IMG/VR virus record: IMGVR_UViG_3300038424_000171
Span: 1 to 58,345 of that record
DNA length: 58,345 nucleotides
Direction: 5' to 3' (one strand)
Source of the DNA: a virus
Lineage: Duplodnaviria; Caudoviricetes
In this document: positions 18,607-27,050 of the stretch, piece by piece
Layout of the letters: every line of letters starts with the position of its first letter
Position numbering within the stretch: the first letter of the stretch is position 1
The notes under the pieces: generated by a model
The model's database searches: none
Told to the model about the DNA's origin: nothing
What the model saw: only the letters and a program-made list of their open reading frames with translations
Program-made: the position numbers and the translations under genes

Positions 18607-18690
18607 ACGATAGCGGAATGTGCGTACAATGTCAAGCGGCGCGAAAGTGTGTGTGCGCATATTGACGCGGCCAAGGAAAAATAATAGATT
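18607..18690. promoter_or_regulatory. Divergent promoter pair 2
   Basis: Leftward TTGACA (18635-18630)-17-TATCGT; rightward TTGACG (18662)-17-TAGATT; TGTGCGYA boxes at 18619 and 18652. Confidence 0.7.
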
Positions 18691-18698
18691 GCGTGCCG

Positions 18699-18890
18699 AT
18701 GGCTCGGACGCTGAAAAAAGCAGGCAACGCGGCGGCGCAGATGGCGCGGCTCAGGTGGTCGCGGCTCGACGGCGAGGAGCGCAAGCGCGCGCTCCAACCG
18801 GCGCATCGCGCTCGCAAGCGCGCCTCGGCACGGCGGCGTCGATTGAAAGAAGCGCAAGCGGCGGCGGCTGGGCGGGGGAGCGATGAGTGA
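18699..18890 (+). CDS. Small basic 'A..RW' protein, probably a leaderless regulator
   Basis: AAQMARLRWSRLDGEERKR; ATG 8 nt after the -10 box. Confidence 0.6.
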   Translation: MARTLKKAGNAAAQMARLRWSRLDGEERKRALQPAHRARKRASARRRRLKEAQAAAAGRGSDE

Positions 18891-19239
18891 GAGAATCGAG
18901 CGGCCAACTGAGCAGCCGCGCTGGCAGCGCGCTCGAATCGTCGTGGCCAAGGCGGACTGTGAGGAAGCCTGGCGCGAGTTCGTTGGAGCGGAGTTTTGGG
19001 TCTCAACGGGGGCGCCGAATGGTGGCGGGCCCGCGATTGACTGCCTGACTGGCAAGCTGGGGTCGATGTCGATGGGGGGAACCTACGCAAGCAATATCAT
19101 CCAAGGGGGCGTATCCTGCAAAGTCGCGGCGGAGTTCGCCGAGCTGCTTGGCGAATTCGCCGACGAAGTCGAGATAGTCGAGTTGGAGTCGCTGCGCGCG
19201 ACAGCGGGATGTAGTGCCCACGCGGGGGCGCAGGAGTAG
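18883..19239 (+). CDS. Hypothetical protein
   Basis: GGGAG RBS; overlaps the upstream gene. Confidence 0.55.
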   Translation: MSERIERPTEQPRWQRARIVVAKADCEEAWREFVGAEFWVSTGAPNGGGPAIDCLTGKLGSMSMGGTYASNIIQGGVSCKVAAEFAELLGEFADEVEIVELESLRATAGCSAHAGAQE

Positions 19240-19246
19240 GATCGCT

Positions 19247-19597
19247 ATGGCGGACAAATACACAAGCAGCAGATTTGGCTTTGGCCTAAATCCAACTCGC
19301 CGACGACAGGTGGCGGAAGAAGCGCGGAAAGGCGAGCGGGTACTTATAGATTACCCTGAACGCATCATTGCCCTGCTCGACGAGATCTCTGCGCTGGAAA
19401 AACTGATATCGGACCTGGTGGCTGCGCTTAAGGAATGTTCGCGTTACGATGGGCCATCCTACAGCAAATCTATCCAAGCCCTCGCCGCCGCCGAGGCCGC
19501 GGGTTTCAAGCCGAGGAGCGGGCATTATTGCTGCTTAGAGGCGCGAGTCGCTGCGGCGATGAACAAGGCGAAGCGGGTTGATAATTCGGGCGGATAG
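19247..19597 (+). CDS. Hypothetical protein
   Basis: AGGA RBS; PERIIALLDEI..LE motif common in phage accessory proteins. Confidence 0.55.
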   Translation: MADKYTSSRFGFGLNPTRRRQVAEEARKGERVLIDYPERIIALLDEISALEKLISDLVAALKECSRYDGPSYSKSIQALAAAEAAGFKPRSGHYCCLEARVAAAMNKAKRVDNSGG

Positions 19598-19664
19598 CCG
19601 GGCGATACCCTGCTGGAAAAATTAAGCAGATGAGACCCTACTACGACGAAGGCGGGGATAAAAT

Positions 19665-20090
19665 ATGCTGACTAATCGCGGATGGTTTAAGCCTGGACAC
19701 TCGCAGCCTAAATCCGAGGCGCACAGGAAGGCCATTGGAGAGGGGCAACGCCGCGCGTGGAGCACAAAAAGGCAACGGCTTCCGATTGGTTCAACTTGGA
19801 TCGACAACGATGGCTATGTTCGGGTCAAGACGAGCGAGCCTTGCGATTACTGGCGACCGGAGCACCTGATTGTAGCAGAAAAGAAACTCGGTCGCAGTCT
19901 CCTGCCTGGCGAGATTGTTCACCATATCAACGTAATCCCGAACGATAATCTGCCCGACAATTTGCACGTCTTCCCGAGCATATTGGAGCACAACGCTGCC
20001 CACCGGTCATTTCTTGATTTGGTCAAAGGACTGCTCGATGACCGGATTATTCGATTCAACACCAAAACAGGGAAATACGAGCGTTGCTGA
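19665..20090 (+). CDS. HNH homing endonuclease with a NUMOD3-like N-terminus
   Basis: SEAHRKAIGE; GYVRV...EHLIVAEKKLGR.L.PGEIVHHIN....DN..DNL. Confidence 0.88.
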   Translation: MLTNRGWFKPGHSQPKSEAHRKAIGEGQRRAWSTKRQRLPIGSTWIDNDGYVRVKTSEPCDYWRPEHLIVAEKKLGRSLLPGEIVHHINVIPNDNLPDNLHVFPSILEHNAAHRSFLDLVKGLLDDRIIRFNTKTGKYERC

Positions 20091-20794
20091 TGAAGCCTTA
20101 TTACGAAGACACTACAAGCGGCATCACGATTTACCACGGCGACTGCCGCGAGATTCTGTGGATGTTCAAGGCCGACCTCGTGCTGACCGACCCGCCCTAT
20201 GGTTCAGATACTTGCGTTGATAATGCTCGATTCTCAGGCGGAGCACTCTGGAATCGTCAGGTAATGCGATCTGCAGTGCAGGAACGCCGGAAAGTTGAGG
20301 GTGACTGTAAGCCGTTTGATCCAACGCCGCTTCTTGAATTTAAGCGACTCGCGCTCTTTGGAGCCAATTGGTATGCCTCGCGACTTCCTGATTCTGGTGG
20401 CTGGATCGTTTGGGATAAGCGAGGTAACGGACTCGAGGATATGAAGGGCTGGCCGATGGGCGAGTGTGAATTGATCTGGACGAATCTCGCTGATGCTGTG
20501 CACGTCTTTCGGAATCGCTGGATGGGCTTGGTGCGGGATTCCGAGCATGGCGAACATTACCATCCTACACAGAAGCCAGTCGCGCTGATGCGATGGCTTA
20601 TTGAGCGATTTACAAAGACAGGCGAGCGAATCCTTGATCCATATATGGGGAGCGGTTCGACCTTGGTAGCAGCCAAGAGCGTCGATCGTCGCGCCATCGG
20701 TATTGAGATCGAGGAGCGCTACTGCGAGATCGCGGCGAAGCGGTTGGCGCAGAGCGTGATGCAATTTGGGAGGCACTGTGACGAAACCGGTTAA
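20090..20794 (+). CDS. N6-adenine/N4-cytosine DNA methyltransferase (beta class)
   Basis: LTDPPY...HPTQKP...LDPYMGSGST...GIE. Confidence 0.92.
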   Translation: MKPYYEDTTSGITIYHGDCREILWMFKADLVLTDPPYGSDTCVDNARFSGGALWNRQVMRSAVQERRKVEGDCKPFDPTPLLEFKRLALFGANWYASRLPDSGGWIVWDKRGNGLEDMKGWPMGECELIWTNLADAVHVFRNRWMGLVRDSEHGEHYHPTQKPVALMRWLIERFTKTGERILDPYMGSGSTLVAAKSVDRRAIGIEIEERYCEIAAKRLAQSVMQFGRHCDETG

Positions 20795-20971
20795 GAAATT
20801 CAAGTCGCTTTTTGATGAGCAGGAGTGGGTAGAGGCAGAAATCAAGAGACTCAAGAAGCGTTGGTTGAGTCTGGATATGAGATTGGCGAAGGAAGCAAGG
20901 AAACGGTCGTGAGGTTGCGGAGTTACCAAGCGTAGAATTAGTGGGCGCGGTGCTCGACGATCTTTATCCCG

Positions 20972-21247
20972 TTATAGATTCCCTCGACCGCTCCGATCAC
21001 CCTTCGCGCTCGATGCGAGATCGCATGCTGCGACGCGGTATCCGTTGGCCTGGATCTCCGCGATCATCTCGGTTCGCGTACCCTCAATGAGCCACGTCTC
21101 GCCTCTTCCGTCGTCGAGACCGACTGAAGTGAAAGTCTTGGGCAATTTCACCAGGTGTCCGGTTCGGCGCATGTCGAAACCCACGTCGATCGCCGACAAC
21201 CGCAGGTCGCCGACGACCGTGTAGCCTGTCATGTTTGTCTTTTTCAT
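20972..21247 (-). CDS. Hypothetical protein
   Basis: GAGGTG RBS. Confidence 0.55.
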   Translation of the reverse strand: MKKTNMTGYTVVGDLRLSAIDVGFDMRRTGHLVKLPKTFTSVGLDDGRGETWLIEGTRTEMIAEIQANGYRVAACDLASSAKGDRSGRGNL

Positions 21248-21448
21248 TTGCTTCACCTCTCCTTCTCTCCGTTGGTGTTTCTCAATCACAATCTATGAGA
21301 AAGTAAAAGCTGCGGTCGCCGCAGGTCGCCGAAATACAAAGCTGCATTTTCATCAACTAAGCTCCTGATGCGGGTTTATCGGCTTGCGGCGCGCATACCG
21401 CAAACCAGTTTGCGGCCATCCGATGCGCCGGTCTGAGGCTGACTGCAA

Positions 21449-22057
21449 TCATGCGGTGGCCTCGGTCGATACTACCGGCTCTATCGTATAGCCGCGCTCG
21501 ACGAAGCGTTTTTGCATATCAGCGGGAATGTAATCCCACAATTCAGACCAATCGCAGCGCCACGCCGTCCGGCAATGACGGCATTTGATTACCGGAAACA
21601 AGCCCTCGGCGGTGGTTTTGACGCTACTCAATTCGTAGCTGTGCCCTTTGCCGTTCCAGAACGCTTGCATCGGTTTGGTGACTTCCGGCAAGCGCTCACC
21701 GTGGAAGCATGGCACATTGAGCATCAGCCCGGATGCTTCGTGCCTTAACTGAATGATGCCCGGATTCTCGGCTAGAGCGGGATCGCTGTAGTCTGTGGGC
21801 CAGCGGTCCATTGGTGGCTTTGATGGATCGCCCGGCTTGTAGAGGCGCAATCCGCGCGCGTGATTTTCGTATCCGCCCGGCCCGATTGCATCCTCATCGG
21901 GGAATGGCAACCGAAAGTAAAGCCCCAGCATATCGCGCGGGTCCAAGCTATTTGAAATCTTCTCCACCTTGCCGCGATCTTCCCAGCGAAGATAAAACAT
22001 TTCTTCGCAGGTTCCAATCTTGATTTCGTGACCGTTGTATTTTGCGTATTCGCCCAT
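21449..22057 (-). CDS. Hypothetical early protein
   Basis: GAGGTG RBS; MGEYA...KIGTCE.M.YLR; C-terminal CxxC. Confidence 0.75.
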   Translation of the reverse strand: MGEYAKYNGHEIKIGTCEEMFYLRWEDRGKVEKISNSLDPRDMLGLYFRLPFPDEDAIGPGGYENHARGLRLYKPGDPSKPPMDRWPTDYSDPALAENPGIIQLRHEASGLMLNVPCFHGERLPEVTKPMQAFWNGKGHSYELSSVKTTAEGLFPVIKCRHCRTAWRCDWSELWDYIPADMQKRFVERGYTIEPVVSTEATA

Positions 22058-22120
22058 TGTTGTACACCTCAGTTTGCACGGTTGCGGGAGTTAATCGGCC
22101 ATAAAATATACGATGGCTGG

Positions 22121-22513
22121 TCAGCTCACGTGTTCGACGTTCTCAAACGCTTTGCTGATTGCGCGCGTGCTGAATCCGATGGCGCGAAGCTGATCGCGGA
22201 GCTCAGAAAGCTGCTCGTCCTGAATCTCTTTCAGATAGCTCGCGTCTGAATCGTTCTCAATGCCCCATAATCCGCCTGAATTGATAGTCTGGATTGGCGC
22301 TGCTGCGTCAAGCATGACGTGGCGCGATTCATTGACTGGATGCAGCAGGATTACAGCTTCAGCCGCGATGCCGACGAAGTTGAATTGACCATCACGATAT
22401 TGGCGCATCCGATCCTCAAAGCCTTCCTGCTCCAAATACGATGAATCGGCGTCTTCGTCGGCCATGCACTTAACGACCACTTTCAGGATGCGTTTGCTGC
22501 TCGTCTTTCCCAT
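22121..22513 (-). CDS. Hypothetical early protein
   Basis: GAGGA RBS; first gene after a strong leftward promoter; SGGLWGIE motif. Confidence 0.7.
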   Translation of the reverse strand: MGKTSSKRILKVVVKCMADEDADSSYLEQEGFEDRMRQYRDGQFNFVGIAAEAVILLHPVNESRHVMLDAAAPIQTINSGGLWGIENDSDASYLKEIQDEQLSELRDQLRAIGFSTRAISKAFENVEHVS

Positions 22514-22559
22514 TGCCTTATCCTCTCTTGGTTGTCGATCGGTTGATTCCGATACGCTC

Positions 22560-22689
22560 AATATACGATGCAAGCGCACGCATGTCAATAGCCAATGCAA
22601 TGCAAGCGCATGAATAAAACTAATCTCATTCCTGAGCTATCTAATACAAGCGCACGCATCTTGACAAGGCTACTTAGATGTTAGATAAT
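22560..22689. promoter_or_regulatory. Divergent promoter pair 3 with operator-like repeats
   Basis: Leftward TTGACA (22588-22583)-17-TATATT; rightward TTGACA (22661)-17-GATAAT; CAAGCGCACGCAT at 22571 and 22647, partial copy at 22603. Confidence 0.85.
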
Positions 22690-22696
22690 GTCGTGC

Positions 22697-22858
22697 ATGA
22701 CTGCTGAAGAAATGGCTGCGCGACGCTGGGCTAAAGTACCGCCTGGCCCCGAGCGCACCAAACTAGCGCGCAAGGCCGCCCTGACTCGCTGGGCCGGCCA
22801 CGTCAAACAGGCCAAACCCAAGCCGCGCAAATCCAAGCCCTCAGATGTGCCGGCGTGA
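22697..22858 (+). CDS. 53-aa basic 'A.RW' repeat protein, leaderless (not in the ORF track)
   Basis: MTAEEMAARRWAKVPPGPERTKLARKAALTRWAG...; ATG 7 nt after the -10 box. Confidence 0.7.
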   Translation: MTAEEMAARRWAKVPPGPERTKLARKAALTRWAGHVKQAKPKPRKSKPSDVPA

Positions 22859-23385
22859 GACGGCCCGACATCGATGATAGCCAAGTCGTTGCTCTTTACA
22901 CCATCGAGCATCTAACGGTCAGGCAAATTGGCGCGCGTCTGGGAGTGAGTGGCACGGCCGTCTGGAAGCGCCTCAAACGCGCTGGTGTATCTGCTTATGC
23001 CGGCGAGCACGTCCAGGCCGTCTGTGTCCAGTGCGGCAACCCAATAGACCGGACTCGTGCACGCTTCCGAATCACTGAACGGTCATTCTGCTCAAAGCCT
23101 TGCTATTATCTCGCTCGTGAAAGCCCTAATCTGGTTATCTCGCGCTGGGGCGGTATACAGGCGCGTCAACTGGTGAATCAGCATTTCCCCTTACAGACTG
23201 GCTATATCGTTCACCATGAGGATCGAGACGAGTGCAATAACGCCCTCGGCAACCTCCGCGTATTTGCCTCCCAGTCCGACCACGGCCGCTATCATCATGG
23301 TAAATTTGTCATTCCTCTGTGGGATGGAAGGAATTGTCGATGTGAGGGTTGTTTAACCTTTCTTTCTGTGGCGCTGACCGAGTAA
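22855..23385 (+). CDS. HTH / zinc-finger / HNH endonuclease
   Basis: N-terminal HTH, CVQCG...FCSKPC, IVHHEDRDECNN.LGNL. Confidence 0.8.
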   Translation: MRRPDIDDSQVVALYTIEHLTVRQIGARLGVSGTAVWKRLKRAGVSAYAGEHVQAVCVQCGNPIDRTRARFRITERSFCSKPCYYLARESPNLVISRWGGIQARQLVNQHFPLQTGYIVHHEDRDECNNALGNLRVFASQSDHGRYHHGKFVIPLWDGRNCRCEGCLTFLSVALTE

Positions 23386-23425
23386 CCCAAATGGGGTATT
23401 ACACCAAATGGGTAACCCAAATGGG
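23382..23425. repeat. Triple CCAAATGGG repeat
   Basis: GTAACCCAAATGGG at 23382 and 23412, CCAAATGGG at 23404. Confidence 0.8.
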
Positions 23426-23842
23426 TTTCGCATAAGAAGTATTCTGTCTCCTACGATCAACGCAGATGCTCAGGTATTTCCCGCGCCTCGTGATTATGTC
23501 CACTTCGAGCGCTTCGCCATTTATCCAAGGCTAACCCCTGCTCGTGCCTAACAATCGTAGCCAGCTTACAACGGTCAGCGGCCCGCGTGCGGCGTTGCTC
23601 GAGACCTGGCGTCGGCATCGCGGCCGCTGCGTCCAGTGTCAGGCGGCCGAGCATCCGCGATCGATGTGCCGATGCGCATGGAGTCTGTTCGCGTTGCAGC
23701 GCGATACCGAGGTTCAGGGCCGGGGGTACCCTAGGCGTCAGGGCTGCCAAGGGACTCCAACGAAGAACCCTAGTGTTTAACAGACTCCGTGGCTTAGGTC
23801 AGACCCTTGACAGTCTCTGGGGTCTCAGGGTATAGGGAGTGT

Positions 23843-24115
23843 ATGGGGTATCCGATACGGCGATGTAAGTGCGGGGCGGCACACGAGTGTCCGCTGATGG
23901 ACCCTGTGGAGAACGGGCGGCGGGCGCAGGCGGCGTTACGGCGGTTGCCGAGGATAACGGGAGGGAAGATAGACGTGCGCCGTGAGGTAGCCGAGCCGTC
24001 TCAGGCTGACACAAGCCAGATACAGGGTGCGAATCCCGACATAGCTCCAAACACCGAGACGGCATGGGAACCGCGGCCGCGGCGGTACATCGAGAGCAGG
24101 GAGCGAAAGCCATGA
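23843..24115 (+). CDS. Hypothetical protein
   Basis: GGGAG RBS; CKCGAAHEC. Confidence 0.5.
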   Translation: MGYPIRRCKCGAAHECPLMDPVENGRRAQAALRRLPRITGGKIDVRREVAEPSQADTSQIQGANPDIAPNTETAWEPRPRRYIESRERKP

Positions 24116-24230
24116 ACTTTGAGCGAGAATTGCAAATCGCGGCCTTTCTTCACATCATCAAGAATCTGATTCAGGGCGCTAATCGGGTAGTAACAAAAGG
24201 GAATTATTGATTTGAGTCCCTTGGGCGACA

Positions 24231-25274
24231 ATGTCTGCTTACTACAATGAAAATGAACCCTACGCGGCGCAGTGGCTCCGAAACCTCATCGCCGCGAAAC
24301 TCATCGCGGACGGAGATGTTGACGAACGAAGCATCGTCGATGTCAAGGCAGGCGACATTGCTGGATACACCCAATGTCATTTCTTCGCCGGAATCGGCGG
24401 ATGGTCCTATGCACTCCGGCTCGCCGGATGGCCCGACGAGCGCGCCGTCTGGACCGGCTCCTGTCCGTGCCCGCCCTTCAGCGCGGCGGGAAGGAAACGA
24501 TGCCCAAATTGCACTCATCGGGGTCTGGGATTCCTTGCAGGCGAGCATTCAGTCATCGAAGAGTTTGGCTGTCCATCGTGCGGATGGCGCGACGAGCGAA
24601 ATTTATGGCCTGAGTTCCGCAGGCTCATCGAAGGCGCACTCCCTGAGCGAATCTTTGGCGAGCAGGTTGCGAGCCCGCTTGGACGTGAATGGTTCGCCGG
24701 AATACGCGCTGATCTGGAAGCTCTGGGATATGCCTGCGCAGCCGTCGATTTGTGCGCTGCGAGCGTCGGCGCGCCCCATATCCGACAGCGGCTCTACTGG
24801 GTGGCCGACAGCGACAAGACAGGACGCGGGTGGAAGCCGCTCGCTGGGCTATGGCGGCCAGCGCTTTATGACGCTGACCGATGCGGCGCGAATGACGGGC
24901 TGGCCGAGTCCGAACACGCCGAGCGGCGGCCCGAACTCAAGGAAAACAGCCAGCCATCGGGGCGGCATGGATTTAGAGGGTGCGGCGAAGTTCGCGGGAT
25001 GGGCGACGCCTACTGGGCGGGATCACAAGGACGGCGAGAGCACCTTGGAGAACACGCCGATCAACTCTCTGCTTGGGCGGCTGGTCAGTCTCTCCGTTGC
25101 CTCGACGGAAAATCGCGGCGCATTGAACCCGGCGTTCAGCCGCTGGCTCATGGGGTTCCCGCCCGAGTGGGACGATTGCGCGGCTACGGCAACGCGATCG
25201 TCCCGCAAGTCGCGGCGGAATTTATCAAAGCCTGTAGGGAGTGCCGGCCATGCGTAAGGGACTCAAGTCAATAA
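24231..25274 (+). CDS. C5-cytosine DNA methyltransferase (alpha-type chain)
   Basis: FFAGIGG (I), GSCPCPPFS (IV), FGEQV (VI), PHIRQRLY (VIII), YGNAIVPQVA (X). Confidence 0.9.
   Translation: MSAYYNENEPYAAQWLRNLIAAKLIADGDVDERSIVDVKAGDIAGYTQCHFFAGIGGWSYALRLAGWPDERAVWTGSCPCPPFSAAGRKRCPNCTHRGLGFLAGEHSVIEEFGCPSCGWRDERNLWPEFRRLIEGALPERIFGEQVASPLGREWFAGIRADLEALGYACAAVDLCAASVGAPHIRQRLYWVADSDKTGRGWKPLAGLWRPALYDADRCGANDGLAESEHAERRPELKENSQPSGRHGFRGCGEVRGMGDAYWAGSQGRREHLGEHADQLSAWAAGQSLRCLDGKSRRIEPGVQPLAHGVPARVGRLRGYGNAIVPQVAAEFIKACRECRPCVRDSSQ
24247..25257 (+). CDS. Overlapping +1-frame ORF, probable methyltransferase beta chain (true start likely internal)
   Basis: Open for 336 codons; repeated GW(P/A)(T/S)(P/A) units; LNPAFSRWLMGFP resembles motif IX, which the main frame lacks. 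Confidence 0.65.
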   Translation: MKMNPTRRSGSETSSPRNSSRTEMLTNEASSMSRQATLLDTPNVISSPESADGPMHSGSPDGPTSAPSGPAPVRARPSARREGNDAQIALIGVWDSLQASIQSSKSLAVHRADGATSEIYGLSSAGSSKAHSLSESLASRLRARLDVNGSPEYALIWKLWDMPAQPSICALRASARPISDSGSTGWPTATRQDAGGSRSLGYGGQRFMTLTDAARMTGWPSPNTPSGGPNSRKTASHRGGMDLEGAAKFAGWATPTGRDHKDGESTLENTPINSLLGRLVSLSVASTENRGALNPAFSRWLMGFPPEWDDCAATATRSSRKSRRNLSKPVGSAGHA

Positions 25275-25317
25275 TTCCCCATGTTTAACTGACTGAGCGT
25301 TCGTGGTATTAGGTTTC

Positions 25318-25533
25318 ATGCCCATCTACACCGCGCGCATCGAGGACAACAAGCGCAAGCCGCATTTGAGGAAGGTGATGATTGTGGGGGTGCGGGACGA
25401 GCGGGAGGCGCGACGGCTGTTGTGGGAGCGGCGGTATCAGGTCGTGAGCTTCGGGATGGTGGAGGGGGTGGAGGTTTTGATTGGGGACTGGGTGGAGGAA
25501 GTGAAGCAGGAGCCGGTGGATGAGCCAGCCTGA
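25318..25533 (+). CDS. Hypothetical protein
   Basis: ORF overlapping the start of the next gene. Confidence 0.55.
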   Translation: MPIYTARIEDNKRKPHLRKVMIVGVRDEREARRLLWERRYQVVSFGMVEGVEVLIGDWVEEVKQEPVDEPA

Positions 25534-26113
25534 GACTGCGAAGCGCGCACGCCGACGGGCGTACGAGAAGCTGCCGTTCGAGCCGCTGAATCCAGAAGCA
25601 GCACGAGCGTTGGCGGACAAGGCAACTGAATTGCTTCACGAGCGTCCGCAACCTCCGACACCATGCGCCATCTGCGTTCACCCCGAAATGGCCGACATTA
25701 ACTTCCGACTCCTAGTCGGGGAGGACTGTCGGCAGATCGGGGAAGACTACGGGTTACATTCGGTCGGCTATGCGAGGACCATCCGTGTGCATCGGGACAC
25801 CCATTTGGTGCCGCTGATTCACGACGGCGCCCTGACCGGAATACTCGCTCTTCAGTTGCAACTTTATCCGCCTGATGGCAACGAGTCGCAGCGCCGCCAC
25901 TGGTACATCATGCAGGCGTATGGGATAAGGGCGCAGGCTATCAAGGAAAAGAATTGGTATCTCGCGCTCAAGGCGTTGCATGAAATGCGCGAGTCCGAAA
26001 CCGCATCGTTGACTCCCACCATCGCACTCTTCAAACAACTCAACGAAGAACCGCGCGGCGTCGAGCAGTTCCTGCCGCCCGCGAAACCGAAAGAGGTAAC
26101 TTACGATGAGTGA
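25520..26113 (+). CDS. Terminase small subunit candidate
   Basis: CAICVHP...INFRLLVGEDCRQIGEDYG HTH-type motif; position upstream of TerL. Confidence 0.55.
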   Translation: MSQPETAKRARRRAYEKLPFEPLNPEAARALADKATELLHERPQPPTPCAICVHPEMADINFRLLVGEDCRQIGEDYGLHSVGYARTIRVHRDTHLVPLIHDGALTGILALQLQLYPPDGNESQRRHWYIMQAYGIRAQAIKEKNWYLALKALHEMRESETASLTPTIALFKQLNEEPRGVEQFLPPAKPKEVTYDE

Positions 26114-26486
26114 CGAAGCCCCGAATCTCGACCTCGGCGACGGCGTGGTGCTCGAAACCCCCGCGTCCGACCCGAACAAGATTTTTAACTCGAACGACCT
26201 GACTCCAAAACACAAGGGTTGGCCCAAGGGCAAGTCGCGCAAGCCGCAACCGCAGATCGCGCCGCGTCAACTGCTCAACAAGCCGCAGGAAGGGGAGAGC
26301 GTCGAGCACTCGCTCATCCGGCGCTTGCTGAATGCCGCGAAGGCGCGCACTCAACTCGCGACGATCATCCCCGACCAGTGCACCGGCTGCGTCAATCAGC
26401 ACAAGATGGGGATTCGGCGCATGCCGGTCTGCGATTGCGTCTGCCATCAGGCGCGGGCATGGCTCGCGGATCCGAAGAACAAATGA
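26106..26486 (+). CDS. Hypothetical protein
   Basis: GAGGT RBS; GWPKGK; CxxC...CxCxCH. Confidence 0.65.
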   Translation: MSDEAPNLDLGDGVVLETPASDPNKIFNSNDLTPKHKGWPKGKSRKPQPQIAPRQLLNKPQEGESVEHSLIRRLLNAAKARTQLATIIPDQCTGCVNQHKMGIRRMPVCDCVCHQARAWLADPKNK

Positions 26487-26578
26487 ACAACTCTTGGCCT
26501 AAATATCCTGGACAACACATTCCAACGACACCGAATGCTTGCAACGCTCGGGTGATTTTTGATTCAGAAGATTTGAAG

Positions 26579-27050
26579 GGGAATTATTGATTTGAGTCCC
26601 TTGGAGGACAACTAACATGCCTGAAACGCCAAGGATGTTCTATTTCGGACCTTGGGATGAGGCTGGACACTACTTTTTTGATGAGCGCGGTAGTTACCAA
26701 AGCACAGACAGTATTCCGCGCTTTCCATTCGGTCACGAGGCCGGGAAGGTTTACGTTGATGGTGCGTTACAGCCCGGCTGCCCCGATTCTGGTGATCGAC
26801 TTTGCCGCCAAACGCGCCCGGAGATAGAAGGGGAAGCCGCGTTGCACCACATTCAGGGATGGACTGCGCTCTGTTTCTGGGATCGTTCCGTGGATGAACG
26901 AGGAGCCTGCAACAGCAATTACTTCGCGGAGGGAACCTTCACGTTCGATCAGATGGTTGAGATGGCAAAAACTCGTTTCGCGCATCGGTGGGACAAGATG
27001 AATTTCACGGTGCATCTTGCAGCTTAAAGGGACTCAAATCAATAATTCCC
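26579..27050 (+). mobile_element. TIR-bounded non-autonomous cassette 2 (472 bp) with an 8-bp TSD
   Basis: Perfect 24-bp TIRs at 26579-26602 and 27027-27050; ATTTGAAG at 26571-26578 and 27051-27058. Confidence 0.93.
26617..27027 (+). CDS. Passenger gene of cassette 2, unknown function
   Basis: GGAGG RBS just inside the TIR; the stop overlaps the right TIR; YFG.W..AGHY and GWTAL.FWDRSVD.RG.CNS motifs. Confidence 0.85.
   Translation: MPETPRMFYFGPWDEAGHYFFDERGSYQSTDSIPRFPFGHEAGKVYVDGALQPGCPDSGDRLCRQTRPEIEGEAALHHIQGWTALCFWDRSVDERGACNSNYFAEGTFTFDQMVEMAKTRFAHRWDKMNFTVHLAA

Larger units (their letters stand above)
24199..25279 (+). mobile_element. TIR-bounded non-autonomous cassette 1 (IS1595-like ends) carrying a C5 methyltransferase
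   Basis: GGGAATTATTGATTTGAGTCCCTT (24199-24222) and inverted copy at 25256-25279 (23/24); no TSD retained. Confidence 0.8.

Noticed and set aside
4299-19610. Short matches CGCTATGGCGG(A)CAAAT and ATAGCCGGGC between the 4.3-4.6 kb (minus) and 19.2-19.6 kb regions
   Set aside because: Their lengths are expected by chance in a 58-kb GC-rich genome and their order is inconsistent
19630-20090. Group I intron in the MTase gene
   Set aside because: There is no room for a ribozyme core outside the HNH ORF, and the downstream gene has its own complete start
19654-20971. GGGATAAA inverted pair around the HNH and MTase genes as TIRs
   Set aside because: Only 8 bp match and there is no TSD
24191-25287. 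Target-site duplication for cassette 1
   Set aside because: The flanks TAACAAAA and CATGTTTA do not match, so none is claimed; adjacent deletion or age is possible
24199-27050. The four 24-bp repeats as a CRISPR array or invertase (shufflon) sites
   Set aside because: They alternate in orientation, are 0.4-1.3 kb apart, and one pair has an 8-bp TSD; no cas or invertase gene was recognised
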